Source of the DNA: Thermoanaerobaculia bacterium | GTDB taxonomy: Bacteria > Acidobacteriota > Thermoanaerobaculia > UBA5066 | DNA length: 64,000 nt | Assembly (NCBI GenBank): GCA_038245905.1 | Contig: JBBRRY010000003.1 | Span: 104,755 to 168,754, forward strand | Direction of reading: 5' to 3' | Part shown: positions 38,397-47,911 of the stretch, piece after piece | Layout of the letters: each line of letters begins with the position of its first letter | How positions within the stretch are numbered: position 1 is the stretch's first letter | Translations under genes and position numbers: made by a program | The notes under the pieces: generated by a model | What the model was told of the DNA's origin: nothing | The model's database searches: none | What the model saw: only the letters and a program-made list of their open reading frames with translations

Positions 38397-39368
38397 ATGG
38401 CTCCTCGCATTCCCGGCAAGTTCGCGCTCGGGATCGATCTCGGCGGTACGAAGGTCCTCGCGGGCGTCGTCGACGGCGCCGGAAAAATCGTCGGTCGCGG
38501 CAAGCTCAAGACTCCGTTCCGGGACGGCACGAACGCGATCGGCGAGGTCCTGGTCGCCGCCGCGGAGCTCGCCCTCCGGGAAGCGGGTGTCGCGCGCGGG
38601 AGGGTCGACGCGATCGCGCTCGCGGCCCCGGGAGCGGTCGACGCGGAGAAGGGCATCCTCCTCCAGGCGGGGAACCTCTCCGCGAAGAACTGGAAGATCC
38701 TCGACGTCCTCCGCTCGCCGTTTCCCTCGGCGCGTCTCCGGCTCGAGAACGACGTCCGCCTGGCCGCGCTCGGCGAGGCGCGACTCGGTGCGGGCCAGGG
38801 AGCGGCAACGATGGTCGCCGTCTGGGTCGGCACCGGCATCGGCGGGGCGGTCATCCGGGGCGGGAAGATCCAGTCGGGCCACAATCGCAACGCCGGAGAA
38901 ATCGGGTGGACCCGCATCGACTTTCGCCGCGTGAAGCCCGATTCCGCCGACGGGACGCTCGAGTCGATCGCCGCGAAAGTCGGGATCACGGCCTGGCTGA
39001 GGGGCAAGATCGAAGAAGGTGGCAAGACCTGCCTCGCGAAAGCCGTGTCGAAGAAGGGCGCGCGGCTGAAAGGCTCGCAGCTCCGAGCGGCGTGCGACGC
39101 CGGGGACGCCCTGGCTCTTCGGGCGGTCGCCCGGTCCGCGAAGGCCGTCGGGCTCGCGATGGCGAACGTCTTCAACGTCCTCTCGCCCGATCTCTTCGTG
39201 CTCGGGGGCGGTGTCGCGACGGACGTCGGCGCGCCGTATCTCGCGGACGTGAGGAAGTGGGCGGCCGCGTTCGCGTTTTCCGAGCAGCTCGGAAGGCTGC
39301 GCGTCAAACCCGCCGCCCTGGGAGACGACGCGGGGGTGCTCGGGGCCGCGCTCTACGCTCGGGAATAG
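38397..39368 (+). CDS. ROK family sugar kinase (glucokinase-like)
   Basis: GIDLGGTK, LENDV..AALGE, VGTGIGG, AGEIG, LGGGV, LGDDAGVLGAA; GGAGG SD. Confidence 0.92.
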   Translation: MAPRIPGKFALGIDLGGTKVLAGVVDGAGKIVGRGKLKTPFRDGTNAIGEVLVAAAELALREAGVARGRVDAIALAAPGAVDAEKGILLQAGNLSAKNWKILDVLRSPFPSARLRLENDVRLAALGEARLGAGQGAATMVAVWVGTGIGGAVIRGGKIQSGHNRNAGEIGWTRIDFRRVKPDSADGTLESIAAKVGITAWLRGKIEEGGKTCLAKAVSKKGARLKGSQLRAACDAGDALALRAVARSAKAVGLAMANVFNVLSPDLFVLGGGVATDVGAPYLADVRKWAAAFAFSEQLGRLRVKPAALGDDAGVLGAALYARE

Positions 39369-39390
39369 GCTCTCTGGCACAATCCTGAGA

Positions 39391-40170
39391 ATGAGTTGCA
39401 CGGGTTGCTCCCTCGGAACCTCCGCGAACCCGGGCGGGAACTACGTCGGCGTGCGCGTCGCCGACGCGATGGACGGGCGCACCGTCCTCGTCTTCACGGG
39501 GGAGATCGCCGTCAAGCCGGGGGAGCGCGTCATCGTGGAAGCCGAGAACGGCCCGGAGTTCGCCGAAGTCACGACGACGACGCCCGTTCTGGGCAAAGCG
39601 TGCTCCTCGAAGAAGGCCAAGCGTTTCCTGAGGCTTGCATCCGACTCCGAGTACGCCGACTACATCGAGAGGATCGAGCTGCAGGACGCGGCGCGCCTCT
39701 TCGCCGACGGGACCGTGGAAGAGCTGAAGCTGGACGTCCACGTCGTCAAGTGCGCGGTCGGCTTCGATCGGCGGCGCATGACCGTGCTCTACACGTCCGA
39801 GAAGAAGCCCGAGACGCGCGAGCTCCAACGCCGGATCGGCGACCGCTTCGAGATCCGCGTCGAGATGAAGACGATCGGCGTCCGGGACGAGACGAAGATG
39901 ATCGGCGGCATCGGCTCATGTGGCCTGACGCTGTGCTGCTCGACCTGGCTCAAGACCTTCCACCCCGTGGCCATCAAGATGGCGAAGATGCAGGGCCTCA
40001 CCCCGAATCCCTCGAAGCTCACCGGTCAATGCGGACGCCTGAAGTGCTGCGTGGCCTACGAGCTCGAAGGCGGGATCGAAGCCGCGCGCCGCATGAGCCA
40101 CGGGGGAGACCGGGACCGGGGACGCGCCGCCCCGCCCCACCCTTCCGCTCCTCCCCAGCCCGCGGCCTGA
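39391..40170 (+). CDS. ricT: RicT/YaaT (PSP1 domain) Fe-S regulatory subunit
   Basis: IGVRDETKMIGGIGSCG..LCCS.WL..F.PV.IKMAK.Q.L..NPSKL.GQCGRLKCC..YE. Confidence 0.9.
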   Translation: MSCTGCSLGTSANPGGNYVGVRVADAMDGRTVLVFTGEIAVKPGERVIVEAENGPEFAEVTTTTPVLGKACSSKKAKRFLRLASDSEYADYIERIELQDAARLFADGTVEELKLDVHVVKCAVGFDRRRMTVLYTSEKKPETRELQRRIGDRFEIRVEMKTIGVRDETKMIGGIGSCGLTLCCSTWLKTFHPVAIKMAKMQGLTPNPSKLTGQCGRLKCCVAYELEGGIEAARRMSHGGDRDRGRAAPPHPSAPPQPAA

Positions 40171-40298
40171 GCGCTTTCCGGGGGCTCCGCCTCCGAGATC
40201 CGTTTCTTTCCGGTTCTGGCTTTTCCTGGAGCACGCGGAATAGACTCCCCCTCAAGTTCGTTTCCCTTCGCATGGGTCCCTCCAGAGGAGTCCTCGAC

Positions 40299-40721
40299 AT
40301 GGCCTCGGTGAAAAAGCCACCGTCCGGAGCAGAGCCTTCCGCGGACGACCCGACGGCCGAGCTGGGCCCGCGCAAGCTCATCCGGCCGTCGCTGGCTCAC
40401 GTCCTCAGGGATCAGGGTGTCTCGCGCGGCTCCTCGTCGCGGAAAATGGTTCCTCCGGAGCAGACGAACGCCGAGGCGTACTACTACCTCAAGCAGATGC
40501 AGAGCAGGACGCCGATCGTCGTCCGCCTCGTGGACGGCGAGGAGCTGCGGGGCTGGATCGAGTGGTACGACAAGGACGTCATCAAGCTGAACCGTGAGCA
40601 CGCCCCGAACCTGCTCATCCCGAAGCGGTCGATCAAGTACCTCTTCAAGGAAGAGGAGGAGCGCATGCATAAGAGAAAGCGCCGGCCCGGGCCGCCCGCT
40701 TCCGAAGGCGCCTCCGGCTGA
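40299..40721 (+). CDS. Hfq-like (Sm-fold) RNA chaperone paralog
   Basis: E..YY.KQM...TP.VV.L.DGE.L.G.IEWYD...IKL...PNLLI.K..IKY Sm1/Sm2-like pattern; GAGGAG SD. Confidence 0.75.
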   Translation: MASVKKPPSGAEPSADDPTAELGPRKLIRPSLAHVLRDQGVSRGSSSRKMVPPEQTNAEAYYYLKQMQSRTPIVVRLVDGEELRGWIEWYDKDVIKLNREHAPNLLIPKRSIKYLFKEEEERMHKRKRRPGPPASEGASG

Positions 40722-40768
40722 CATTTCCTCCCGGACACGGGGCCCCTCGGCAGAGCTAGACTCGGGGG

Positions 40769-42181
40769 ATGAATACCTCTGCCCTCACCAGGGACGCCCT
40801 CACTTCCTTCGCCCGTTCGAACCGTACCCGGTTCGAGGGATTGCTCCGCGACTTCGTCGAGTGCCCGACCGTTTCGGTCGATTCCACGCGGAAGGGCGCG
40901 ATCGCGGACGGCGTGAAGCTGGCCACAGACACCATCCGCGCCTTCGGCGGTTCCGCCTCCGTCCACGAGTCGGGGGGTAACCCGATCGTCAACGGCCAGT
41001 GGGGCCACGATGCCTCCCGCCCGACGGTCACGGTCTACAACCATCTGGACGTCCAGCCGGCCTCGATGGAGACCGAGCCCTGGGAATCGGATCCCTTCGT
41101 TTTCACGAAGAAGGGGGACCGCTACTTCGGCCGCGGCACGACCGACGACAAGGGGCCCGCTCTCTCGGCGCTCTTCGGAGCGAAGGCGGCCGTGGACGCG
41201 GGCGTGCCGGCGAACGTGAAGGTCCTGTGGGAGTTCGAGGAGGAGATCGGCTCGCCGAACTTCGCGAAGGGTGTCGCGGGCGCCGTCGATGCTCTCGCGA
41301 CGGACTCCGTCATCGTCTCCGACACGATCTGGATCGCGCGCGGCAAGCCGGCGGCGCCGGCCGGCCTTCGCGGCATGCAGGGAATGCTGTTCACGCTCGA
41401 GACGGGCACCACGGACCAGCACTCGGGCACCACGGGCGGCGCCGCCCGCAACCCGCTCGCGGAGCTCATGCAGCTCGTCGCCGAATGCTTCGACGCGAAG
41501 ACGGGGCGGGTGAAGATTCCCGGTTTCTACGAAGACGTCGTCGCGCCCACGAAGACCGAGCTCGAGGATTTCCGCCGGTCGGGGTTCACGGTCTCGGGAT
41601 TCAAGAAGGACCACCTCTTGAAGTCCCTCCGCACGAACGACGCGCTCGAGGTCATGAAGCGCATCTGGGCAATGCCCACGTTCGAGATCCACGGAGTCGT
41701 CGGCGGCTACACGGGACCGGGCGTGAAGACGGTCATCCCGCCGCGCGCGGAGGTGAAGGTCTCGTGCCGGCTCGTTCCGAACCAGACTGGCGCGAAGATC
41801 GCGAAGCTCATCACGGCATTCGTGAAGAAGAAGAATCCAGACGTGAAGGTGCACCTCGAGGGGCGGCTCGACCCGTACCAGGGCACCACGACGGGTCCGC
41901 TCGCGGACGCGGTGCGGTCCTCGATGAAGTTCGCGTTCGGCAGGGAGCCCGTGTTCGTGCGTGAGGGCGGCTCGATCGGCGCCATCGTCACGATGGAGAA
42001 GCTCCTGAAAGTGCCGGTGCTCTTCCTCGGGCTCTCGCTGCCCGAGCACGGCTATCACGCGCCGAACGAGAACTACGACTGGGAGCAGGCCGAGGGCGGC
42101 ATGATCGCCTTCGCGAAATACTTCGAGAGAATCGGAGAGCTCGGAAAGGTCGGCGCCCGGGGGTACCGCCCGAAGAAGTAG
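40769..42181 (+). CDS. M20 family metallopeptidase (dipeptidase)
   Basis: YNHLDVQP, GRGTTDDKG, EFEEEIGS, VSDT, GLRG, HSG, REGGSI, HAPNE. Confidence 0.93.
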   Translation: MNTSALTRDALTSFARSNRTRFEGLLRDFVECPTVSVDSTRKGAIADGVKLATDTIRAFGGSASVHESGGNPIVNGQWGHDASRPTVTVYNHLDVQPASMETEPWESDPFVFTKKGDRYFGRGTTDDKGPALSALFGAKAAVDAGVPANVKVLWEFEEEIGSPNFAKGVAGAVDALATDSVIVSDTIWIARGKPAAPAGLRGMQGMLFTLETGTTDQHSGTTGGAARNPLAELMQLVAECFDAKTGRVKIPGFYEDVVAPTKTELEDFRRSGFTVSGFKKDHLLKSLRTNDALEVMKRIWAMPTFEIHGVVGGYTGPGVKTVIPPRAEVKVSCRLVPNQTGAKIAKLITAFVKKKNPDVKVHLEGRLDPYQGTTTGPLADAVRSSMKFAFGREPVFVREGGSIGAIVTMEKLLKVPVLFLGLSLPEHGYHAPNENYDWEQAEGGMIAFAKYFERIGELGKVGARGYRPKK

Positions 42182-42202
42182 CCGGGTCCCCGGCAGCACG
42201 GA

Positions 42203-42814
42203 TCAGCGGGCGATGTCGAGGGCGAGAACGCCGGAGTAGAAGCTGAGGCCGGGATTGTCGGGCCCGACGGTGCCGAGGTTCGACAGGTGAGTCCGCCGTA
42301 GGCCGCCCGAGATCGAGATGCCGTCCGAGAGGCGCACGCGGACGCGCCCGCCGAGGATATCGAGAAAATTGAACCGTGAGCCCTCGGCGGGCACGGGCGA
42401 GAACGCCCAGGCGAGGCCGACACTCGCCTCGAGGCGCAGAGAGACGGTGCTCTTCTTGAACGCGTCGAACGCGAGGTACGGAGCGGCGGCGACGACGAAG
42501 CGATCTTCGCGCGGGCGGCCCGGAAGATCGACGCGCGTCAGGTTCACGAAGAAAAGCGGCGTCAGCTCGACGCCCCACGAGAACCCGGAGCCAAGCGGGA
42601 AGTCGCGAGCGACCGAGAGCGACGCACCCTCCGCGAATCCCTGCGACGTCGGCGCGGACGCTTGGCCGTAAGAAGAAATGAGATGCCAGGCCTGCGCGGA
42701 CGGAGCCACGGGCGCCGCCCCTGCCTGTGCGAGGGTGTATTCACCGTCTAAGAAAGTCAGCGTGACAGCGAGTTTCGCCGCCGCACGCAGCGCACGGGTC
42801 TTTCTCCCCCTCAA
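42203..42814 (-). CDS. PagL-like lipid A 3-O-deacylase / acyloxyacyl hydrolase family beta-barrel
   Basis: GSRFNF...G, HLSN.G...NPGL C-terminal motifs; TTG start overlaps upstream TGA (start uncertain). Confidence 0.7.
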   Translation of the reverse strand: MRGRKTRALRAAAKLAVTLTFLDGEYTLAQAGAAPVAPSAQAWHLISSYGQASAPTSQGFAEGASLSVARDFPLGSGFSWGVELTPLFFVNLTRVDLPGRPREDRFVVAAAPYLAFDAFKKSTVSLRLEASVGLAWAFSPVPAEGSRFNFLDILGGRVRVRLSDGISISGGLRRTHLSNLGTVGPDNPGLSFYSGVLALDIAR

Positions 42815-44136
42815 TCGGGTTTCTTGACGACCTTGCCGCGCGAGATCACCGCGACCGTCTTCTCCATCACCTTGATGTCCGAAAGCGGGTCGCCGGCCAC
42901 CGCGACGAGGTCCGCGACGCAGCCCGCGTCGAGGCAGCCGAGCTTCCCGTCCTTGTGCGGCCCGAGGAGATCCGCGGCGACCGTCGTTGCGGAGCGTAGC
43001 GCGTCCCACGGCGTCATCCCCCACGCGACCATGAAGGAGAATTCCTCGGCCTGGTTGCGCTTGTCCCAGTCGAATCCTCCCGCGTCCGTTCCGAACGCGA
43101 TCGCGACTCCCGCCTTGTACGCGCGCTTGAACGACTCCTCGGACGCGGTCCAGAGCTGGTCCCAGATCGGGTTCGTCTTGCTGCGCGGGCCCTTCACGAA
43201 GTCCGCGACCGTGATCGTCGGGCAGTACGCAACCTTCTTCGCGACCATCGCCTTGACGGTCTCGTCGTCGAGGACGTCGCCGTGCTCGAGCGAGTCGACG
43301 CCCGCGGCGAGCGCGATCCGGTGTCCCGTCGGCGTCATCGAGTGCGCCGCGACCTTTTTCCGGAGGCGGTGCGCCTCGTCCACAATCGCGTTCATCTCGT
43401 CCTGCGTGAAGTTCGGGATCGACGCCCAGCCGCCATCGGGCGTCCGGTAGTAAGACCCGTCCGCGTAGACCTTGATCCAGTCGACGCCGTACTGGGCCTG
43501 AAAGCGGACGCCCTTGCGGCAGTCGTCCGCCCCGTCGCACTTGAGGACGCCGTCGGGCATCTTCCGTTCCCACGAGAAGCCGAGGAGCGGGTAGCGGCCG
43601 GTCGGCGTCATCGCGGGGCCTGAAGTGATCACGCGCGGTCCGGGCACGATCCCGAGGGCGAACGCCTTCCGGAGGTCGACGTCCGTGAAGCCCGCGCCCT
43701 CGGTTCCGAGATCGCGCACGGTCGTGAAACCGTGGTCGAGTGCGATGCGTGCGGCGGCGGCGGCACGGAGCGCGCGGTATGGAGTCGATTCCTTGAGGAC
43801 CTGCTCGTCGTACTCCTCCGCGGTCGCGTCGCCCTGCAAGAGAAGGTGTGTGTGCGCGTCGATGAGGCCGGGGAGGCAGGTGTATGCCGAGAGGTCGAGG
43901 ACCTGGGGGGAAGATGAAGATTCGGATTTCTTTGAAGGCGAAGAGGGCATGGGCGCCGACGCCGCGCCCGAGTCGAGGCGCGTCACTCTTCCACCTTCTA
44001 AGAAAATTTTGATATTCGTCTTCGTCGAGCGGCTTCCGGGATCGAGCAGCTTCCCGCACGTCACGGTCAGCGGCTGGGCAGCGAGCGGGAGCGCAAAGGC
44101 GGCGGCAAGCGTGAGGAGCGCGAGGCGAGGGTTCAT
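42811..44136 (-). CDS. Secreted amidohydrolase (Xaa-Pro dipeptidase-like)
   Basis: Signal peptide; LPGLIDAHTH, GFTTVRDLG, DWIK, VAAH, SLEHG, FGTDAG, ADLVAV.GDPL. Confidence 0.92.
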   Translation of the reverse strand: MNPRLALLTLAAAFALPLAAQPLTVTCGKLLDPGSRSTKTNIKIFLEGGRVTRLDSGAASAPMPSSPSKKSESSSSPQVLDLSAYTCLPGLIDAHTHLLLQGDATAEEYDEQVLKESTPYRALRAAAAARIALDHGFTTVRDLGTEGAGFTDVDLRKAFALGIVPGPRVITSGPAMTPTGRYPLLGFSWERKMPDGVLKCDGADDCRKGVRFQAQYGVDWIKVYADGSYYRTPDGGWASIPNFTQDEMNAIVDEAHRLRKKVAAHSMTPTGHRIALAAGVDSLEHGDVLDDETVKAMVAKKVAYCPTITVADFVKGPRSKTNPIWDQLWTASEESFKRAYKAGVAIAFGTDAGGFDWDKRNQAEEFSFMVAWGMTPWDALRSATTVAADLLGPHKDGKLGCLDAGCVADLVAVAGDPLSDIKVMEKTVAVISRGKVVKKPD

Positions 44137-44175
44137 TTGACGGAGACTCCCTTCCCGATCAGGATGCCGGGGATT

Positions 44176-44730
44176 ATGAGCCGCGCCGAAGACCTCCAGA
44201 ACGCCCGCAGCCGAATGGAAGCGGTCCGGGCGGAGATATACGCCGCCGTGGACGGGAAGTCTGACGCGGAGCTCCTCGCGCTGCCTGCCGATGGCGGCTG
44301 GTCGGCCGCCGAGGTGCTCGACCACATTGCCACGGCCGAGCGCACGCTCGTCAAGGCGCTCGCGAAGCACGAGAAGGGCGAGCCGACACGCGTCCCGAGG
44401 CGCGCGTGGTGGTACCGCCTCCCGATGTCGCCCGTGTTCTGGAAGATCAAGTTCCGGGCGCCGAAGCTCGTCCGCCCGCGCCCGCGCGCCGAGGTGAACC
44501 CGGCGGAAGTTCTCACGGGGCTCCGGGAATCGCGCGCGGCTCTCCTCGCGCTCGCGGACCGCATGGGTGAGGAGCGTTTCGCGGCGATGATTTTCCCGCA
44601 TTTCCTCCTCGGGCGCTTCAGCGGCCTCGACTGGTTCACGTTCATCGCGCTCCACGAGGGCAAGCACCTCGGCCAGATCCGCCGCGGCCTCGACGAGTCG
44701 AAGGTCCTGCGCCTGACCGCGCGCGCCTGA
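44176..44730 (+). CDS. DinB family protein
   Basis: GGWSAAEVLDHI..AE; PH..LG..S...W..F...HE.KH..QI. Confidence 0.85.
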   Translation: MSRAEDLQNARSRMEAVRAEIYAAVDGKSDAELLALPADGGWSAAEVLDHIATAERTLVKALAKHEKGEPTRVPRRAWWYRLPMSPVFWKIKFRAPKLVRPRPRAEVNPAEVLTGLRESRAALLALADRMGEERFAAMIFPHFLLGRFSGLDWFTFIALHEGKHLGQIRRGLDESKVLRLTARA

Positions 44731-44736
44731 TTCTCC

Positions 44737-45342
44737 TCAGCGGTCGAGGAGCACGGCGATCCGGAAGCTCGCGTATGCGAAGACCGGCGCGGCGAGGACG
44801 TCGATCGTATAGTGGACGTGCTGCCAGAGGACACTGATTCCCACGGCCGCGGTCGAGACGAGGAACAGAGCCTTCCATCGCCGGCCCGGTACCACGCAGG
44901 CGAGCAGGAAGAGCGTCGACGTGTGTCCCGAGAAGAAGAGATCCTTCGTCAGGAGCGCTCCCGGCCCGAAGAGGCGGACGAGCGGATCGTGGAGCGGGAT
45001 CATTCCCGGCGGCGCCTCGAGCGGCGTGACGCCCATGGCGGCGATCCTGAAGAGGACCATCAGGACATAGGCCTGGAGCGCGACGACGAGACGGCGTGGC
45101 TCCGTCCCGAGCCGCGCCACGCCGAAGAGGAGGCCGAGATAGATGAGGCCGAACGTGAGCCCGGTCAGATCGCGCGGAGGGAGGAGCGCGAGGACGGGAT
45201 CTCTCAACACGGCGCCGGGCCGCGCCTCGTTCCACGTGAGGAAGCGGGCGAGGACGAGGAGGGCGGCGACGAGCGCCGGGACGGTGAGAAGGATGCGAAG
45301 CCGGAAGCGCGGATCCTGCCAGGCGGCGGTCCACGCGTCCAT
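44737..45342 (-). CDS. PAP2_C / sphingomyelin-synthase-like membrane phosphotransferase
   Basis: Multi-TM; DLFFSGHT and HYTIDV motifs. Confidence 0.8.
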   Translation of the reverse strand: MDAWTAAWQDPRFRLRILLTVPALVAALLVLARFLTWNEARPGAVLRDPVLALLPPRDLTGLTFGLIYLGLLFGVARLGTEPRRLVVALQAYVLMVLFRIAAMGVTPLEAPPGMIPLHDPLVRLFGPGALLTKDLFFSGHTSTLFLLACVVPGRRWKALFLVSTAAVGISVLWQHVHYTIDVLAAPVFAYASFRIAVLLDR

Positions 45343-45346
45343 CGCC

Positions 45347-46783
45347 CTACCGCGCGCCGCGGCCCGTGAGGACCGTGGGAATCGTCCGCAGCAATATCTT
45401 TGCGTCGAGGCCGAGGCTCCAGTTGTCGATGTAGGCGAGGTCGAGGTTCATCCATTCGTTGAACAGCGCGATCTCGCTGCGGCCGGAGACCTGCCAGAGC
45501 CCGGTGACGCCGGGCTTCATCGACAGCCGCCGCCGCTGCCATCTCTCGTAGCGTGCGACCTCGTCGGGGAGCGGAGGGCGCGGTCCGACGAGCGACATCT
45601 CGCCCCGCAGGACGTTCCAAAGCTGGGGCAGCTCGTCGAAGGAGAAGCGGCGGATGAGGCGCCCGAACGCCGTGAGGCGGGGATCGTTCGCGGCCTTGAA
45701 GACCGGACCGTCGTGCTCGTTGAGGTGCTGGACGCCCGACATGAGCTCCTCGGCGCCGTCGACCATCGTCCGGAGCTTGACGAGCGTGAAGGGGCGGCCG
45801 TTCAGCCCGCAGCGCGTCTGCCGGAAGAGGACGGGACCCCGCGACGTGAGCTTGATGACGAGGGCGGCGAGCGTGACCGGCACGAGGGACACGACGCCGA
45901 TGAGGACCGAGAGGAAAATGTCGACGACACGTTTCAGGAGGAGCGAGACGCCTTCGCCGGGCGTGGTCGAGAACGTGAGGAGCGGCGTCCCGTCGAGCTC
46001 CTCGAGCTCCACGCGCGCGAGGACGTGCGGGAAGAAGTCCAGCACGAGCCGTGTCTTCACGCCCATCTCCTCGCAGAGCAGGAAGATGTCTTCGAGCTTC
46101 GGCAGGTCGCCGCGGTCCACGGCGAGGACGACCTCGTCGACCGTGAATTCCGTGAGGATCTTCGGAAAGTCCAGAAGTGAGCCGAGAAGGGGCACTCCGT
46201 TCGCGGTCGTCGTCTGGCCGTCCTCGGCGGGCTTCTCGCGCACGAGGCCGAGGAGCTTCAGACCCCACCACGGGTGCTCGTGGATGAGCCGGGCCATCGA
46301 CGCGGCGCGCGGCGTGTCGCCCACGAGGACGACCGTGCGGAAGTTGAACCCGAGCGACCGCACGCGCCGGGCCACGAGGCGGACCGTCACCCGTTCGGCG
46401 ACGAGGAAGAGGATGTTCACGACAAAGAAAATGGCGAGGAACGGTCGCGAGATGAAGTCCCACCGTGCGCCGAACACGACGAGCGCGAGAAGGAGGCTCC
46501 CGAAGAAGGACGTGCGCGTCATGAGCGCGACTTCGTTCTTCAGGCGCAGCGTACGGTGGCTGCGATACGCGCCCTCGAGGAAGAGGAGACCCGAGAAGAT
46601 GAGGACCGTGGGCGCGACGAGGACGAGATAGATGTTGAATTCGTACAGCGGCGTGAGCCGGCTGAAGAGACGGGGAAGGATCTCGCTCCGAAGCGCGTAA
46701 GCCACGGGCAGCGTCGCGAGCGTGACGCTGAGGTCGGCCGCGTACAGGAGTGCGGCGATTGACCGGGCCTGTTGCTTCAGCAT
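45347..46783 (-). CDS. Priming polyprenyl glycosylphosphotransferase (WcaJ/WbaP-like)
   Basis: 4 N-terminal TM; KR.VDI, GPVLF.Q.R.G.NG.PF...K.RTM, DPR.T..G...RR.S.DELPQLWNVL.GEMSLVGPRP, KPG.TGLWQV.GR, DL.YI.NWS. Confidence 0.95.
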   Translation of the reverse strand: MLKQQARSIAALLYAADLSVTLATLPVAYALRSEILPRLFSRLTPLYEFNIYLVLVAPTVLIFSGLLFLEGAYRSHRTLRLKNEVALMTRTSFFGSLLLALVVFGARWDFISRPFLAIFFVVNILFLVAERVTVRLVARRVRSLGFNFRTVVLVGDTPRAASMARLIHEHPWWGLKLLGLVREKPAEDGQTTTANGVPLLGSLLDFPKILTEFTVDEVVLAVDRGDLPKLEDIFLLCEEMGVKTRLVLDFFPHVLARVELEELDGTPLLTFSTTPGEGVSLLLKRVVDIFLSVLIGVVSLVPVTLAALVIKLTSRGPVLFRQTRCGLNGRPFTLVKLRTMVDGAEELMSGVQHLNEHDGPVFKAANDPRLTAFGRLIRRFSFDELPQLWNVLRGEMSLVGPRPPLPDEVARYERWQRRRLSMKPGVTGLWQVSGRSEIALFNEWMNLDLAYIDNWSLGLDAKILLRTIPTVLTGRGAR

Positions 46784-46804
46784 TCGGAGCCGGGACGCTT
46801 CCCG

Positions 46805-47911
46805 CTACCCCCGGATGCTAGCAAGGAGGGCTTCGTACTCGTCCGCGACGGCGTCCCAGCGGTAGAGAGAACGGGCGCGCGCGTGCGCCGCCCGGCCGGA
46901 TGTCTCCCGCGCCGCGGGATCCGAAAGGAGAGCGGTCAAACCGGCGGCGAGGCTCTCCGTGCGGCGGGCGTCCACGTAGAGCGCGGCCTCCCCGGCCGCC
47001 TCACGGTTCTCCGGCGTGTCGTGGACGACGAGAGGCCTGCCGAACCCCATCGCCTCGACGAGCGCGGGGTGCGTGCCGCCGACCTCGGTCGCGTGAACGT
47101 AGACCGACGCGTTCGCGAGAAGCTCGCGATACGGCTCGCCGTAAATCGCCCCGGGCAGGAGGACGCGCGGATCGCCCGCGGCGTCCGCCCGAATGCCGGC
47201 GAGAAACGCGTCCGCATACGGGGCCGCCCCCACGAGGACCAGCTTCGCGTCGCCGGGGACGAGGCGATACGCCCTGATCACGGCGTCGGCGTTGTTCTCG
47301 GGCTCGAAGCGCGAGACATAGAGGACATAGCCTCCCGGGACGAGACCGAGCCGATCGAGCGCCGCGCGCCCGGCCGGTGAGGCCAGGTCGGAGCCATACG
47401 CGATGTAAGAGGACTCCTTGCCGTAGGTCTCCCTGTAGTAGGTCTCGATCGAGCGCGCATCCGTCACGACGGAATCCGGCATCACGCACGACAGTCGCTC
47501 CGAAAGCGCGTAGGCGAGCTTTCCGAGGGCGCTCCATTTCCGGCGGTTCCGTTCGAGGCCATCCACGTTCAGGACGATCCGCGTCGGCGCCCCGAGGAGG
47601 CGGGGCAGCCGGCAGAGAAGGGCGTTCACACCGTTGCACACGAGGACCGCGTCGTAACCCTGCGTCGCGGCGTGGAGGCCCGACAGGGCCGCGTGGACGA
47701 CGGTGTCGAGGTACTTCGTCCTGAGCGTGGGAATGTGGACGACGCGTGCGCCGCGATGGGCCGGGACGACGGAGGCGACTCCGTGGGCCCGGGAGTACAC
47801 GGTGATGTCGTGCCCCCGGGCGGCAAGACGCGCGGAGAGCTCCTCGGCGAGCGTCTCGAATCCTCCGTAGGCGGCGGGCACGCCGCGCGTCCCGAGAATC
47901 GCAAGCTTCAT
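46805..47911 (-). CDS. GT4 glycosyltransferase (DUF1972-type)
   Basis: ILGTRGVPAAYGGFET, NVDGLE..R.KW, SRFEPENN, H..EVGGTHPALVEAMG. Confidence 0.92.
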   Translation of the reverse strand: MKLAILGTRGVPAAYGGFETLAEELSARLAARGHDITVYSRAHGVASVVPAHRGARVVHIPTLRTKYLDTVVHAALSGLHAATQGYDAVLVCNGVNALLCRLPRLLGAPTRIVLNVDGLERNRRKWSALGKLAYALSERLSCVMPDSVVTDARSIETYYRETYGKESSYIAYGSDLASPAGRAALDRLGLVPGGYVLYVSRFEPENNADAVIRAYRLVPGDAKLVLVGAAPYADAFLAGIRADAAGDPRVLLPGAIYGEPYRELLANASVYVHATEVGGTHPALVEAMGFGRPLVVHDTPENREAAGEAALYVDARRTESLAAGLTALLSDPAARETSGRAAHARARSLYRWDAVADEYEALLASIRG

